64,000 nt of DNA. Source: Azolla caroliniana (Eukaryota; Plantae; Polypodiophyta). The first letter of the stretch is position 1; each line of letters starts with the position of its first letter. Below are positions 1 through 12,431 of this stretch, piece after piece. The notes beneath the pieces were generated by a model that worked only from the letters and a program-made list of their open reading frames with translations, was not told where the DNA came from and searched no databases. The position numbers and the translations under genes are program-made. Where the stretch lies: contig JBHGNT010000021.1 in the NCBI GenBank assembly GCA_043228905.1, positions 620,001 through 684,000 of the forward strand, read 5' to 3'.

Positions 1-1
1 T

Positions 2-3000
2 TCATTAGGAATTTCTATTGATACTTATATAGAGGAAGTAGACTTCCATGTAATGAATCTTTGTACCACCGATGTAATACTGGGGTATCCCTGGTTTTAT
101 AATAAAAACTCTTCTTTATTTATTGATTGGGTTCGTCATTCCATTTCTTTTGTACTGAACGATTGTACGCATTTTATTCAATGTGTAAAAAAACAATCCC
201 TCTCGATTGTTTCCTCGTGTCCATCAATATCCGAGTTGTCTTGTTCTACGTTATTTTATTGTGTACTTGATCCGGACATTCACGTTTACAATATCGATAA
301 TGTCCCGATTCAATTAACATATTTTGAACAACAACAACTTGATGAAATCTTAAATGATTTTCATGATGTTTTTCCAAGTGAACTACCTGATGGGTTACCT
401 CCTAAACGTAATATAGACCATCGTATAGATATTGTACCTGGTGTTGCACCAATAAGTATACCTCCGTATCGCTTAAGTCGATCCGAAGAAGATGAGGTAT
501 CTAAGCAACTTAAGGACTATTTACGAATGGGTTATATACGTTATAGTAAATCTCCATGGGGTGCACCAGTTCTCTTGGTTAAAAAGAAAGAGGGCACATG
601 GCGTATGTGTATTAATTACCGGCGCTTGAATAAAGTGACGATCAAGAATTCGTATCCATTGCCCCGGGCTGACGATCTAATTGACCGTCTCCAGGGAGCT
701 CGGTATTTTACGAAACTTGATCTCCGTACTGGCTACCATCAAATACGAATAAGTGAGGACGATGTTCCTAAAACGGCATTTCGTACGCGCTATGGCCATT
801 ACGAGTTTTTGGTTATGCCTTTTGGTTTGACCAATGCTCCGGCTACTTTTCAACAAGAAATGAATGACATTTTCCGAGAACAACTTGGAAAATTTGTCGT
901 TATTTTCCTGGATGATATTTTAGTTTATAGCCGTACATTACAAGAACATGCTAGACATGTCCGCTTTGTTTTACAAACATTGCGTGACAAACAGTTTTAT
1001 GCGAAGATCTCAAAATGTGAGTTCTTCAAGAAATCAATTACTTATCTAGGACATCTCATAACCGAACGAGGAGTTGAAATTGATCCTTCTCGCATTGAGA
1101 AAATCAAGCTTTGGCCCACTCTTCGGAATATTCGAGAAGTTCGATCATTCCTTGGTTTTGTGGGGTTTTTGCGAAAGTCTCTTCGTAATTACTCCCAATT
1201 GACGACGCCATTTACTGATCTTTTAAAAGGTCAAACGCGTAAGTCTACAAAACCTATTGTGTGGAATGCTACACTAGACCTTGCCTTTAAGGAACTCAAG
1301 GACCTGGTTTGCAAGGCTCCTTCACTTCTTTTACCTGATCCCTCAAAACCTTTTGAGGTTGAAACCGATGCAAGCGATTATGCTATAGGTGCTGTCTTGT
1401 ATCAAGATGGTAAACCAATAGCATTCGAGAGTAAGAAACTTGATTCTGCTCAATGTCGGTATACCGTTCAAGAAAAGGAATTATTTGCAGTTATACATGC
1501 GCTCAAAACATGGCGCCATTATCTTTATGGAAATCACTTTGTGGTAACTACGGACCACGAGTCCTTGAAATATTTTTGTGACCAACAAGACTTGAAAGGT
1601 CGTAAGGCACGATGGGCTGATCTCATCCAGGACTTTGATTTTTCCATACGATATCGTAAAGGTTCCATGAACACTGTCGCTGATGCACTAAGTCGCATCC
1701 GTGAAGTTAACATGCTTAGCTTCACTGAAATATCATCAGATCTTTATGATCACCTTCGAGGAAAGTATCCTGATGACAGTTATTTCGCAAAATACTGGGC
1801 AAGAGTTGAGTCTGGAACAGACACCACCACATCCTCGAAGGAATACTTCCACATTGCTAACGGTTTGCTCTACCGTAATGGGAAGGTTTGTGTTCCAGAT
1901 TTACCCGAGGTCAAAAAGAGGATTCTTTTTGAATGCCATGATGCACCCTCAGCAGGGCACCCTGGAATACATCGTACACTCGTTCTCATCTCCACTCAAT
2001 TTTATTGGCCTAAGATGCGTCCTGACATACATAGTTATGTGACTAAATGTCACCAGTGTCAGGTTAACAAAGCCGAGCGACTTAAAGCCGCAGGACTTTT
2101 ACATCCCTTGGACATTCCCAATAATAAGTGGGAAAGTATATCCATGGATTTTATTGTTAGCCTTCCTCGCACCCAAAAAGGTCATGATGCCATCTGGGTT
2201 GTCGTTGATCGACTAACTAAAATGGCCAGATTTATTGCTACTAAAACCACGGTAACAGCTCCTGAATTGGCTTACCAATTCGTTGACGAATTGTTTCGTT
2301 TTTATGGGTTACCGATGGATATCGTGAGTGATCGAGATCCAAAGTTTACTAGTGACTTCTGGACACAAGTCTTTAAGAAGTTAGAAACTACGTTGAGCAT
2401 GAGCTCCACGGATCATCCTCAATCCGATGGACAGACAGAACGAGTAAATCAAATTATTGAGGACATGCTTCGAGCATACGTTGGTGCAAAACCAACAAAA
2501 TGGGAACGTTATCTCCCAATTTTGGAGTTTGCTTATAACAGCTCCAAGCATACGTCGACGGGATATAGTCCTTTTATGTTGATGTATGGTTTTCAGCCAC
2601 GAGCCCCGATTGATGTTACTATACATCATGATGAGTTGCGAAGTACGCAAAACTTTCTTCGGGATATGCAAGATATGTTGCATATTGCACGAGATAATAT
2701 AAAAACAGCTCAAGATAGAGCGCGTTTTTATGCCGATCATCATAGGCAACCTCGTGTATTCAACCCTGGACAGAAGGTATTTTTACGTGTACCTCACAAT
2801 TCTAAGACATTGTCTACAGGTAAGTGCGCTAAGTTAGCCCCACGGTTTTGTGGACCTTTTACAGTCCTCAAACGCATTGGGTCATCAGCCTATCGTCTCG
2901 CTCTTCCCGATGGTGTCGGAATTCATCCGGTCTTTCATGTGAGTCGTCTAAAAGAACTTCTAGGTTCTGGCGACAATACAGTTACGACTGAAACTCTGGT

Positions 3001-3226
3001 TACTTCTGAAGAATTATCTTCTAAACCACATGTACCAGAAAGAATTCTCGATGTTAAAACAAAAAAATTACGTACTAAAGAAATCCGAGAATTCAAAATA
3101 AAATGGATGGATAAATCAATAAAAGATGCCACATGGGAACGCGAAAATACTCTTAGAACTAACTTCCCTAACTTTCCATTGCAAGAGTGCAATGTTTTAA
3201 AGAGGGGGAGTATGTTACGGGCATGA
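2..3226 (+). CDS. pol: Gypsy Pol polyprotein (end of protease, RT, RNase H, integrase, chromodomain), 5'-partial
   Basis: The frame is open from base 2. Motifs: DVILGYPW (protease end); [26 protein letters not shown] (RT); [12 protein letters not shown] (RNase H); H..H..CHQC, SMDF, SDRD, QTERVN, GPF (integrase); PERILD..FKIKW..ATWE (chromodomain). Confidence 0.95.
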   Translation, partial: SLGISIDTYIEEVDFHVMNLCTTDVILGYPWFYNKNSSLFIDWVRHSISFVLNDCTHFIQCVKKQSLSIVSSCPSISELSCSTLFYCVLDPDIHVYNIDNVPIQLTYFEQQQLDEILNDFHDVFPSELPDGLPPKRNIDHRIDIVPGVAPISIPPYRLSRSEEDEVSKQLKDYLRMGYIRYSKSPWGAPVLLVKKKEGTWRMCINYRRLNKVTIKNSYPLPRADDLIDRLQGARYFTKLDLRTGYHQIRISEDDVPKTAFRTRYGHYEFLVMPFGLTNAPATFQQEMNDIFREQLGKFVVIFLDDILVYSRTLQEHARHVRFVLQTLRDKQFYAKISKCEFFKKSITYLGHLITERGVEIDPSRIEKIKLWPTLRNIREVRSFLGFVGFLRKSLRNYSQLTTPFTDLLKGQTRKSTKPIVWNATLDLAFKELKDLVCKAPSLLLPDPSKPFEVETDASDYAIGAVLYQDGKPIAFESKKLDSAQCRYTVQEKELFAVIHALKTWRHYLYGNHFVVTTDHESLKYFCDQQDLKGRKARWADLIQDFDFSIRYRKGSMNTVADALSRIREVNMLSFTEISSDLYDHLRGKYPDDSYFAKYWARVESGTDTTTSSKEYFHIANGLLYRNGKVCVPDLPEVKKRILFECHDAPSAGHPGIHRTLVLISTQFYWPKMRPDIHSYVTKCHQCQVNKAERLKAAGLLHPLDIPNNKWESISMDFIVSLPRTQKGHDAIWVVVDRLTKMARFIATKTTVTAPELAYQFVDELFRFYGLPMDIVSDRDPKFTSDFWTQVFKKLETTLSMSSTDHPQSDGQTERVNQIIEDMLRAYVGAKPTKWERYLPILEFAYNSSKHTSTGYSPFMLMYGFQPRAPIDVTIHHDELRSTQNFLRDMQDMLHIARDNIKTAQDRARFYADHHRQPRVFNPGQKVFLRVPHNSKTLSTGKCAKLAPRFCGPFTVLKRIGSSAYRLALPDGVGIHPVFHVSRLKELLGSGDNTVTTETLVTSEELSSKPHVPERILDVKTKKLRTKEIREFKIKWMDKSIKDATWERENTLRTNFPNFPLQECNVLKRGSMLRA

Positions 3227-3769
3227 CCATATAATATCCCGTGGTAAGAATTTACCGTAGTATTCTATACACGTGGATAAGTGTGAGGGTTAAATGAGAG
3301 TGTAAAGAAGGGGAGGATTACTTTTAATCCTCGGGATTGAGACAACCCATTAGGTCAAGTGTGAACTTGCCTGGGGGCCTTGGGTATCGCTATAAATAAG
3401 AGGCCTAGCTACCCTCATTTGGTCATCTTTTGACTACATCGAGACTCTGCTCGTGTGGTGGGTCAACTCTTGTAGCGAGCGCGCCAGCACCAGGTACGAC
3501 TCGACGCCACGGCGGTGGTATGGGACGCCGATCGAGGCTCGAGTCCGTCTCGATCCCTTCGCTCGGGGGTGGTCGGGTGGATCGGCACCCTTCTTTCTCT
3601 TTCTCCTTTCTATCTTTCATTTCTTTATCCTTATCTTAAGCTTACGTTAGTATCTAGATCTATAATAATAATACTAAGTCGTATACTAGTCTTTAGCTAG
3701 GATTTTATACATTGTATTTAGTAGTGTAATCGGTTGCCATTTCTTGATGTCAAGTGAAGGACCGTTTCA
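3213..3769 (+). repeat. 3' LTR of the gypsy element (~557 bp)
   Basis: It follows the PPT, has TG...CA ends with imperfect inverted termini (TGTTACGG/CCGTTTCA), and contains TATAAATA at ~3391. Confidence 0.8.
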
Positions 3770-3934
3770 TTTAGGGATAAGGTAAATTACTCCCTTTGTA
3801 AAATGTGAAGGCATATTATCCTCTCAAAGAATGTGTTGGAATGCTATACATACATAAATATGCTTTGAACAAGTCCTAATATTTAATGAGGAATGTTGGG
3901 GTTAGACCATCCATACCTGGACAACAATTCTTCA

Positions 3935-4145
3935 GCATACATACATAAATACATACGTACATAAATACATACAGACATACATACACACACACACATACAT
4001 ACCTACCTACCTACCTACACACATACATACATACACATACGTTTGTATGTACGCATGTATGCTCGTAGAAGCAGAGCACACAAATAAGGAAAGCAAACAT
4101 ACATACACACAAGCATACATCCACGCGTATGAGGAAAGAAAACAT

Positions 4146-4221
<76 letters not shown>

Positions 4222-4371
4222 CAAGCATATGTCCATACATACATACAAGCTTACATTCATACACACAATGGAAGCAAGCATACATGTATGTATGCATACG
4301 AGCATACACTCATGTCAACGAGGAAATAAAAACATCTATACCCATACATGGAAAAACACATGTACGTATAA

Positions 4372-4404
<33 letters not shown>

Positions 4405-4437
4405 TACATACATACATACATACATACATACATACAT

Positions 4438-4473
<36 letters not shown>

Positions 4474-4790
4474 AGCACACATGAGAAAGCAGAGCGAGCA
4501 AAGCACAAGGGGGGGCAACGCATACGCCTCGACGAAATGCAAGCGAGTATTGGGAAGAAGGCAAAGCAATACGCACGAGAAAAAGCAAAAAAGATAGAGA
4601 CAAAGATAGAGATAGAGGTAGAGACAAATACAGAGACAAGAAATAGAGATAGAGATAGAAGCTAAGCGTTTTGTCTTCTTAACGCATACATAACATACAT
4701 TATACATACATAACATACATACATACATTATACATACATTATACATACATAACATACATACATAGAGACAGAACAGGCAGACATAGATGG
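3935..4790. repeat. Compound microsatellite field: (TACA)n, (CA)n, (AAGC)n, (GAGATA)n
   Basis: Simple repeats are directly visible, e.g. a long (CA)n at ~4149-4220 and (AAGC)n at ~4440-4472. Confidence 0.95.
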
Positions 4791-4876
4791 AAATACGAGG
4801 AATTATAATTAGCAACGAACAATTCTGATGAATATTTGGGTGAGATGGAGGAAGGAATCTGAACGCGTTGTGGAGG

Positions 4877-4884
4877 GCATATGC
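4877..4884. promoter_or_regulatory. Putative P1BS (PHR1-binding, GNATATNC) phosphate-starvation element
   Basis: GCATATGC fits GNATATNC and lies just upstream of a GDPD gene, a family known to be Pi-starvation induced. The motif is short, so a chance match is possible. Confidence 0.5.
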
Positions 4885-5207
4885 TGCGTATTGTGCTCTT
4901 TTCCCGCTCACCATATCTCTCTCTCTCTCTCTCTCTCTCATCATAATCATCGTCATTTGCCATGGCCTACCTCTCTCTTCCTCTTCTTTCTTCTTCTTCT
5001 TCTTCTTCTTCTTCTTCCCCTGTTTCTTCATCTTCTTCCCCTGTTTCAACACTGCGTGTCACACCAGCCAGAGCCATGCCCCCCTACCATCATTTTAAGG
5101 GGCTCCACGTCTCTCCTTCTCAGCATTGACCAAATCCTCCGAAGGATCTTTCCATCTGTTGTGTTTCTTCTTTTTGGGTTGTTTGGAGAATTTCCACACT
5201 CATCAGG

Positions 5208-5596
5208 ATGCATTCCACTGCTCATCTCTACTCTGGCCCTGCCATGGAAACTTTGCTTAGAGGTAAACAGAACACACCAATTTATTCCCTCTTATTCTAA
5301 GGAGAGTTCGTTTATTATTTTTGTTTACCCACACTCATATTCATGTATTTTCACAAATATTCTAAGCCTTGTCATGCATCTGATCGTCTAAATGGCATTG
5401 CCTTGTTATCACATGATAGCCTCTTCCTAAACACCATATATATGTATATATATATATACAAATGTCATTTAATTTCATACGTATACAAATGCCGTGTATG
5501 GTTAACACATACAAATGTTGTCTAGTTTTGTATTCATACAACCTACCATATCGATTGAAACATGGTTTAATCCATTAAAATACATACATACATACA

Positions 5597-5660
<64 letters not shown>

Positions 5661-8259
5661 TATACATGTTACATATTACATATTGAAGCCGGCATTTGTT
5701 GTGCTCATAAATTATAATGTGATATCCCACCAGTGATACAAGCCATGCTTTTCCCTGAAAGATTCTACTCTTGTAGGAATTGGTGGTGAATCAAGGGTAG
5801 TTATTATCGGTCACAGAGGGTGTGGCAAGAATAAGATATCTCTTTCAGGAATCCATGAGGAACATATGCCCACCATCATGGAAAACACTATTGTGTCTTT
5901 TAACTTGGCTGCAAACAGTGGTGCTGATTTTGTTGAGTTTGATGTACAGGTTTAGTCTAGTCCTCTGTCCATTACTTTTTTATTCTTTTGTCAATGAACA
6001 TTCTTTGATGATCAATCGTCATTTTGTTTGCTATTTTATTCAGGTGACAAAGGATGGGCATCCAATAATATTTCATGATGATTTGATTATCTATAATGAG
6101 AAGGTAAACATTATGGATTGATTTTGTTATAATTCCAGAAGACATCCTGATGTGGACTCTAGTATTGTGCTCATTGCTGCATTGTTCTATTCCTACGGGG
6201 GTAGGAAAAGGATTGTTTGGTTGAAAAACGGATATGTGACCTGACACTCGATGAGTTCCTTTCTATAGGATATCAAAAAGATTCTCAAACAGTGAGTCAT
6301 ACTATTTCCTCCTATTTGTATATCTTATAGGCCTATGCGTTCACTTGTATGTGTGTTTTTAAGGGGTTCTACATGACTACAGATTGAGAAAGAATTGCTT
6401 CGCAAAACTGCTGATGGGTCACTTGCTGTATGGAAAACTTCTGTTAACGATTCCTTGTGTACTCTCAAGGAGGCATTTCTTCGCGTTTCTCCCACAATTG
6501 GGTTCAACATCGAGCTAAAATTTGACAATTACAATCCGATACCCCATTGGGATTTGAAAGCATCAATTCAATCAATCCTAGAGGTATAAATTCTATATTG
6601 CCTGTTTGTGTGCATGGAACATTTCCACATACAATCAAAACATTTTTCAAAGAAATCAACAATCTAGAGCATCCAGATGTTTGAAGTGCAGGAAATTCTG
6701 AAACATTGTTAGACTTCTAGATCTTTCCAAATTCATCCAAATAAAACAGACATGTCTCTTAACACTTTGTTACCTCTCTCCATAACATTTTGCAGGTTGT
6801 TCATGGGAATGCGATGGAGCGAAAGGTTTTCTTTTCTACTTTCCATCCTGATGCAGCTTTATTGCTCAGACAACATCAATCTATATATCCAGTGAGCTTT
6901 TCTAAGACATCATTTCATTCTCTACTGCATTGGCATTTGTGTATTTTCATTTTGATTTAGATTTGCATATGCTTTTGGTCCCAATGAGAGTTTGGTATGG
7001 CCTTCTGAGATTTGTATATATCTACAGGAGATCAGCATTGCCCCTTCAAGATTTTTGTATGCATAAATTAGAAATTGCATTACTCTCTTGAGATGTCTTG
7101 CATATATCAACCAGAGATTGATTTTGTATATGTCAACAATTGATTGCTTTAGCCCTTTGAATTTTTTTGTATGTAGCTACTATATCGTCATCACCAAATT
7201 ACATTGCCATTTTGAGATTTATTGTTTATCAATGGTTTTATATGTTGACAGTAGATTGTGATGCCTCTTTTTCAGGTTCTGTTTTTAACTGATGGTGTGC
7301 CGAACACTTATCCTGATGTTCGCCGAAACTCTCTAACTTCTGCAATTGATGTTTGCTTGTCTGGTAATTAATTCTCTTCATGAGTTTCCTTTGAAGTTCT
7401 GTTATAAGAATTTCTGTTTTATCTTATAAATATGGGTGTAACTTGTACAGGAAATTTGCAAGGCATTGTTTCTGAAGTCAAAGCCATTCTTAATAATCCT
7501 GAAGTGGTACAAAAGATTAAGGCCGCGAAACTCAGATTACTAACGTATGGAGAATTCAAGTAAGTATTGTGCTTTATTTGAAAATGATTGTAGAAAATCT
7601 GAATTCTATTCGATGTTTTGCTGGGAATTCTTGTGTGGAATTGGCTATGCCATTCAAGATATTTTATGCCGAATTGTGATTTGACTGTTCTATTCAAGAT
7701 ATATTTCACAGACATATGTTGCATATTCTATAAGAATGATATTTTGCCTAGAATTATTTATAGAATTTCTTGAATTAGTTTCTATTGTATAATTTGCCAT
7801 AGAGTTTGTTATAGAATTTTCTGTAGGATATGTTGTAGAATTGGTTTATAGAAATTGTGATTTTATAAGATACCTGGATGCATGCACACGCAGATATATA
7901 CTGTTTAGGGTTTAGGATACACATGCAGATATATGTCTTTGCACGCATGTATGTATGCATGCACACGTATGTGTGTGTATTTATGTAACTTTACTTTCTT
8001 TTGTTAATCAGCAATATACCTGAGATACTCCACCTCCAACATGAATTAAGTGTTGATGGTGTCGTTGTCGATCATGTATCGAAGATGGTGGTAGCATCAT
8101 TCTGCAAAAGCAAGGGTCCAATTATGACCTTGGATAATGTGAGTTTCTTTTCTCTTGAAATGTCAATTGATTTGTTGGATTCATAATTATTCCCCACGGG
8201 TTTTTTTGCCGAAATTATATACTTGTTTTTTTATGTCTTTTTTGCAGGGTTCAGAATAA
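5208..8259 (+). CDS. GDPD: Glycerophosphodiester phosphodiesterase, GDPD1/SRG3-like (~335 aa, 10 exons; start and last exon uncertain)
   Basis: Exons 5208-5262, 5777-5949, 6044-6103, 6205-6291, 6383-6583, 6796-6891, 7276-7363, 7451-7559, 8012-8138, 8248-8259 join in frame across GT-AG introns. Motifs: IIGHRGCG, ENTIVSF, VEFDVQVTKDGHPIIFHD, GFNIELKFD, FSTFHPDAA, RRNSL, GIVSEV, LLTYGEFNN, VDGVVVDHV. Confidence 0.9.
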
Positions 8260-8386
8260 GCCAAACTACCATTATTACGTGTAATATTATACGATTCTTC
8301 ATTGAAGTGAATGTAATACTTCTATTCAAAGTATTTAATCATCGTAGCCTAGTTTAACATTGATAATTGACATTTGATATCAACAT

Positions 8387-8601
8387 CTAGCTAGTAAAAC
8401 AATAAGAATCTGTAAAGTCGAGATATTCAAAGCCTTTACTGTTGTAAGTTCTGACAACTATATTGATCAAATGGTTTATAAAGCTAGTTTAATCGCAGCC
8501 TAGCTAGTAGAACAATAAGAATTTGTAAAGTCAAGATATTCAAAGCCTTGACTATTATTGTAAGTTATGACAACTATACTAATCAAATGGTTTATAAAGC
8601 T
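8387..8601. repeat. Diverged tandem duplication (~113-bp unit x2) downstream of GDPD
   Basis: CTAGCTAGTA.AACAATAAGAAT.TGTAAAGTC.AGATATTCAAAGCC...ATCAAATGGTTTATAAAGCT occurs twice. Confidence 0.8.
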
Positions 8602-10374
8602 TTAGGAATGATGTCCAACTAAATGTTCTAAAAACTTATAGCACTGATTTTGAATCAAGTGGTTCAGAACTCAGTAATTGTCTTTTATCTTCTTCCCCTA
8701 ATATGTAAAAAGGAAAGAAAGCTTATGGTCAGGTCAGCATATACATCAACATTTATGATGCAATTCTTGATTGTGCTGCAAAGCAACTGCTGTTGTCACT
8801 TGCCTTTGAAGAGTGTTGCATTGGTTCACCACCTCGTGTATGACTAGTTACCAATCAAGAAGTTGAATGTTTGCACCTGTGTATGGCTAGCTTGGTAAAA
8901 CCTAGCTTTGTTTGACTATTTGTAATGCTCAACTCTTGAATGATTGTAAAAGGCCATTTGTAGCTGGTGAGTATAACTATAATTTTATATTATCAGATCT
9001 CATAGTGCTCACATTTAAGTCTTATTGCCAGTGTCGTTCAAAACTACTAGCACGTATTCAAAATTTACTTGCATTACGTAGCTAATTCTGCAATGGCAAT
9101 AAAGTTGGAAAATATTACATTCATTTACCATTGATCCACACTTTGTACTAATGTTTGCAAATAAAATTATGCAGTACACTTTTTATATTTATACCTATTG
9201 CAAGGTTAAAAACGTTGCATTAATTTTAACTTGCACGCTATGGAATTTTATCATATGCTGAATAAGCACATAACACTTCTTACCCAAGAAGTCATACATA
9301 GAACCTTTGGCCACATAATTTCACCCACAAGAATATTGGCATTTGGTTTATCATGATAAAACCTTTCCCCACTATAAATTCGAAATAAAATTATTGATAG
9401 TAGATTATTCCCACAATATGTACAAGTCATGCGAAACAAACCCATGATGTAATTGAAGTTTTTCAAAACAATTAAAAAGTCCATTGCTTATTTAGTGTTT
9501 GCTTGGACTGGTGCTACAATGTAATGGTGTAAACCATGAGCATTCATGTGAATGCAGTGATATTTGTACAAACAATGCCACATTATTTTCATGAACGATG
9601 ACCATGTTGAGCAAAGATATCAACATTTGTCGGAATATGATAACCAAGTATGCCAACAATACCAAAATCAAATATCGTAGTTCTTCAAATAAATTTCTTC
9701 ATATCAACCACCGTTGTGTGATTACATTTCTATATTTCTCTGGCCTTTCTATAAGCTCAAAGTTTGGAATAGGGACTGACAATTGAATTTGTTTCCTCTC
9801 ATAGTAAGATTATTAAAACACTTGAATTTGATTTCTCTCATAGTAAGATGATTAAAACACAACATAGATTATGCATAGCTCTCCGTATTAAAAAAGTGTG
9901 CTTGAATAGCATTCCATTCATTGTTTTCTTGCTATGAGAAGAACAAGAATCAACCAAGGTCTAAACATAGGCAAGGTTTTCCTGATCAAGCTTAAGATTT
10001 CAAATCACAAGTACATTCTGAACCAGAAAAGGAACTCCTTGTAAGTTTCTGTCCTGGAGGATTGGTTGCAACTATGGCATCACCTCATCAAGGGTTCATT
10101 TACAATTGTAACATAGCAAAATATGCACAATTTCACCACCTAATGATCAAAACAGTTACATCTAGACAGACACTACACAGATATATAATCTACTTCAATG
10201 GCATCCCATCATTTAGTTCTCACGTACAATGCACTCTCTCCAGGCAAAATGTACTCAAATAAATTGGACCCCAATGGATAAGATGTATCAAATAACTTAT
10301 TTAATCCTTTTGTGTGGCAGAGAGATACATTTTCTTCCACAAGATGGAGTTATACATGTAAAAAAAAAGGTCTA

Positions 10375-10670
10375 CCATTGATAGGAAAAAATAACCAAAA
10401 GAAAAATAGGGTTAGAAGCACCCTATTGTGAGGCACTGACTAATTAGATATATATGACTTTTCTTTTTAGAGATGGTTTCTAGTCTCCTATCAATACTCA
10501 TAGACTTGCAACATTTCCTCTGAACGGCAAAGAGATAAAGAGGTCTTCAATCGATAGGACAGAACAACCAAGTGAACAATTGGGTGAGGAGCACTTCATT
10601 GGCTAGCACTGATTGATTAGATATATGACTATCTTTTTAGAGATGGCTTCTGGTCTCCTATCAATACTCA
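10375..10670. repeat. Diverged direct repeat (~125-bp blocks, ~170-bp period)
   Basis: GCACTGA.T.ATTAGATATAT..GACT...TTTTTAGAGATGG.TTCT.GTCTCCTATCAATACTCA occurs twice. Confidence 0.7.
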
Positions 10671-12431
10671 GAGTACAATGATCAGAGATGCCTGGGGTTC
10701 TCATTCTCCTCGATACATGGAGACAAAGAGTTCCTCTTGTGTACGGATGATCAGAGATGCCTCAGACTACTCCTGCTAGTGTTACATGGAGGGCATAGAG
10801 AGGCCCTTCTGAGTAAAGATAGGACACATGTACTTTGCAGAGACAAATCATAGAAAACACTACAGAGCTAGCACCCCAGTTAACTCATCCATGAGAAAAC
10901 AAATTGATAGAGCACTCGAGCTTCAATGCTTTAGATGTCCACCCAAGCATAGCTTAGTTTCAAGGATATGTAGAACTGCTGAACACTACAGTAATCGACC
11001 TACACATAGGCTTCCAATGACGGATATCAATGGCATTAAAATCTTAGAAAGAGCTCATGGATTGAACTAGTCTACTGTCTCCCACTATACTTCCTAAGCT
11101 AAGATTCTCCATCCTTGTATACCCGAATCACCTACACATCTTCAGCTCTAAGGTCTTCCCTATTTCTAGAACCAATGATATTGTACTCAGAACTCTCCTA
11201 TACCCAGAATTCTTGTTTCTCAAATCTTGTGTTATAATTAGTTGCAATTTGGGCCCCTAAGTCATTTTGGCCTTTCGTATTAGGTTCATTTTCATTTCAT
11301 TTCAATGAATTAACCTCGAAACTTTTGAATTGTACTAATGTTTAGTACAATAGGTGAACTCAAGTCACCATCTCTTGAAATTTCCTGACTCATGGGAGTC
11401 ACAGTCATAAACCACACAAGCGGCAAAGTCCACAAAGTTTGACATTCTCAAGATCAAGAGGTAAAACCACCCACTTCCTAACATCAGGAAAAAACATTGC
11501 ATTTCACATGAGTAATTTCGAAAGCATTGCCATGAAATGCATATACCCTTTTATCTGTAAAATTATTGAGTCATATATTGGAAAGCAAAAACATAAAAAA
11601 TCACACATATCAAACCAGAAACAAATGCCTTGAAAAGAAGTATGGATACATTGATACAAGCCATTGATCTGAGGTTGTGTACCAAATTCCACAGAATCCT
11701 TATGAGGAAAAGTAAAAGGACTGATTTGTACATAAGAGAGTAACAAGTCCTTGTTAAACAGGCTCAGTTGCAACAAAAGATTTCTCCCTTTCTAAGACAT
11801 TAGCCATACCTGCCCTAGAAATAGATACAGTTGGCCTTTGATAGTATGTTCGCAAGCTCAGCTGCAACAAGAGATTGCTCTTTTTTTTTACACTGAAAAC
11901 AAAAAACATTGTCTCCTTCCATTAGCACTTTATCCACACATGTCGCATTTTGAAAACATACTTATTCTCTGAAGACATCAAGTTTCGCAGTTAAAAACTA
12001 TATAATCCTTTAATGAATTAGCCATACACAGTCTACAACACAGATAGGCTTTGCACTGGAAAGGCATACAATCTCCTAAAAACTAGCCATGCATGCCCTA
12101 GACATAAATAGGCTTGGTATTTGAAACGCATATAATCTTTTTAAATAATAACCATACATTCCGTCAGAATATATAGGCCTTTACATTGGACATGGTCTAG
12201 AAATAAATAGACTATACAGTGAAACTGTATACCATTTTCCATACATGCATACCCTGGAAACACATAGACTCTGCCAAAACCACTAGTCATACTGTACAAA
12301 TGCCCCAGAATTTGAAAGATATGCTTACCACAAAAAAGGCATATAATCTCTTAAAAACATAAATAATGTACAGGCTATGCCTCCAAAAGCCATATAACTT
12401 CTTTCAAGATACATATAACTCCATACCTGAC

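Larger units (their letters stand above)
1..3769 (+). mobile_element. Ty3/gypsy LTR retrotransposon (chromovirus), 3' portion including 3' LTR; 5' part lies outside the window
   Basis: Pol domain order is RT-RH-IN-chromodomain. A polypurine tract (AAAGAGGGGGAG, 3199-3210) is followed by an LTR starting TGTTACGG (3213) and ending CCGTTTCA (3769). Confidence 0.95.

Noticed and set aside
4011-5098. Many ORFs with HTHT/CVCV/YVCM repeats
   Set aside because: They are translations of CA, TACA and CTT microsatellites.
7904-7918. TTTAGGGTTTAGG telomere-like motif (also AAACCCTA boxes near 13792 and 16688)
   Set aside because: Only one or two units; at most telo-boxes, not an interstitial telomere array.
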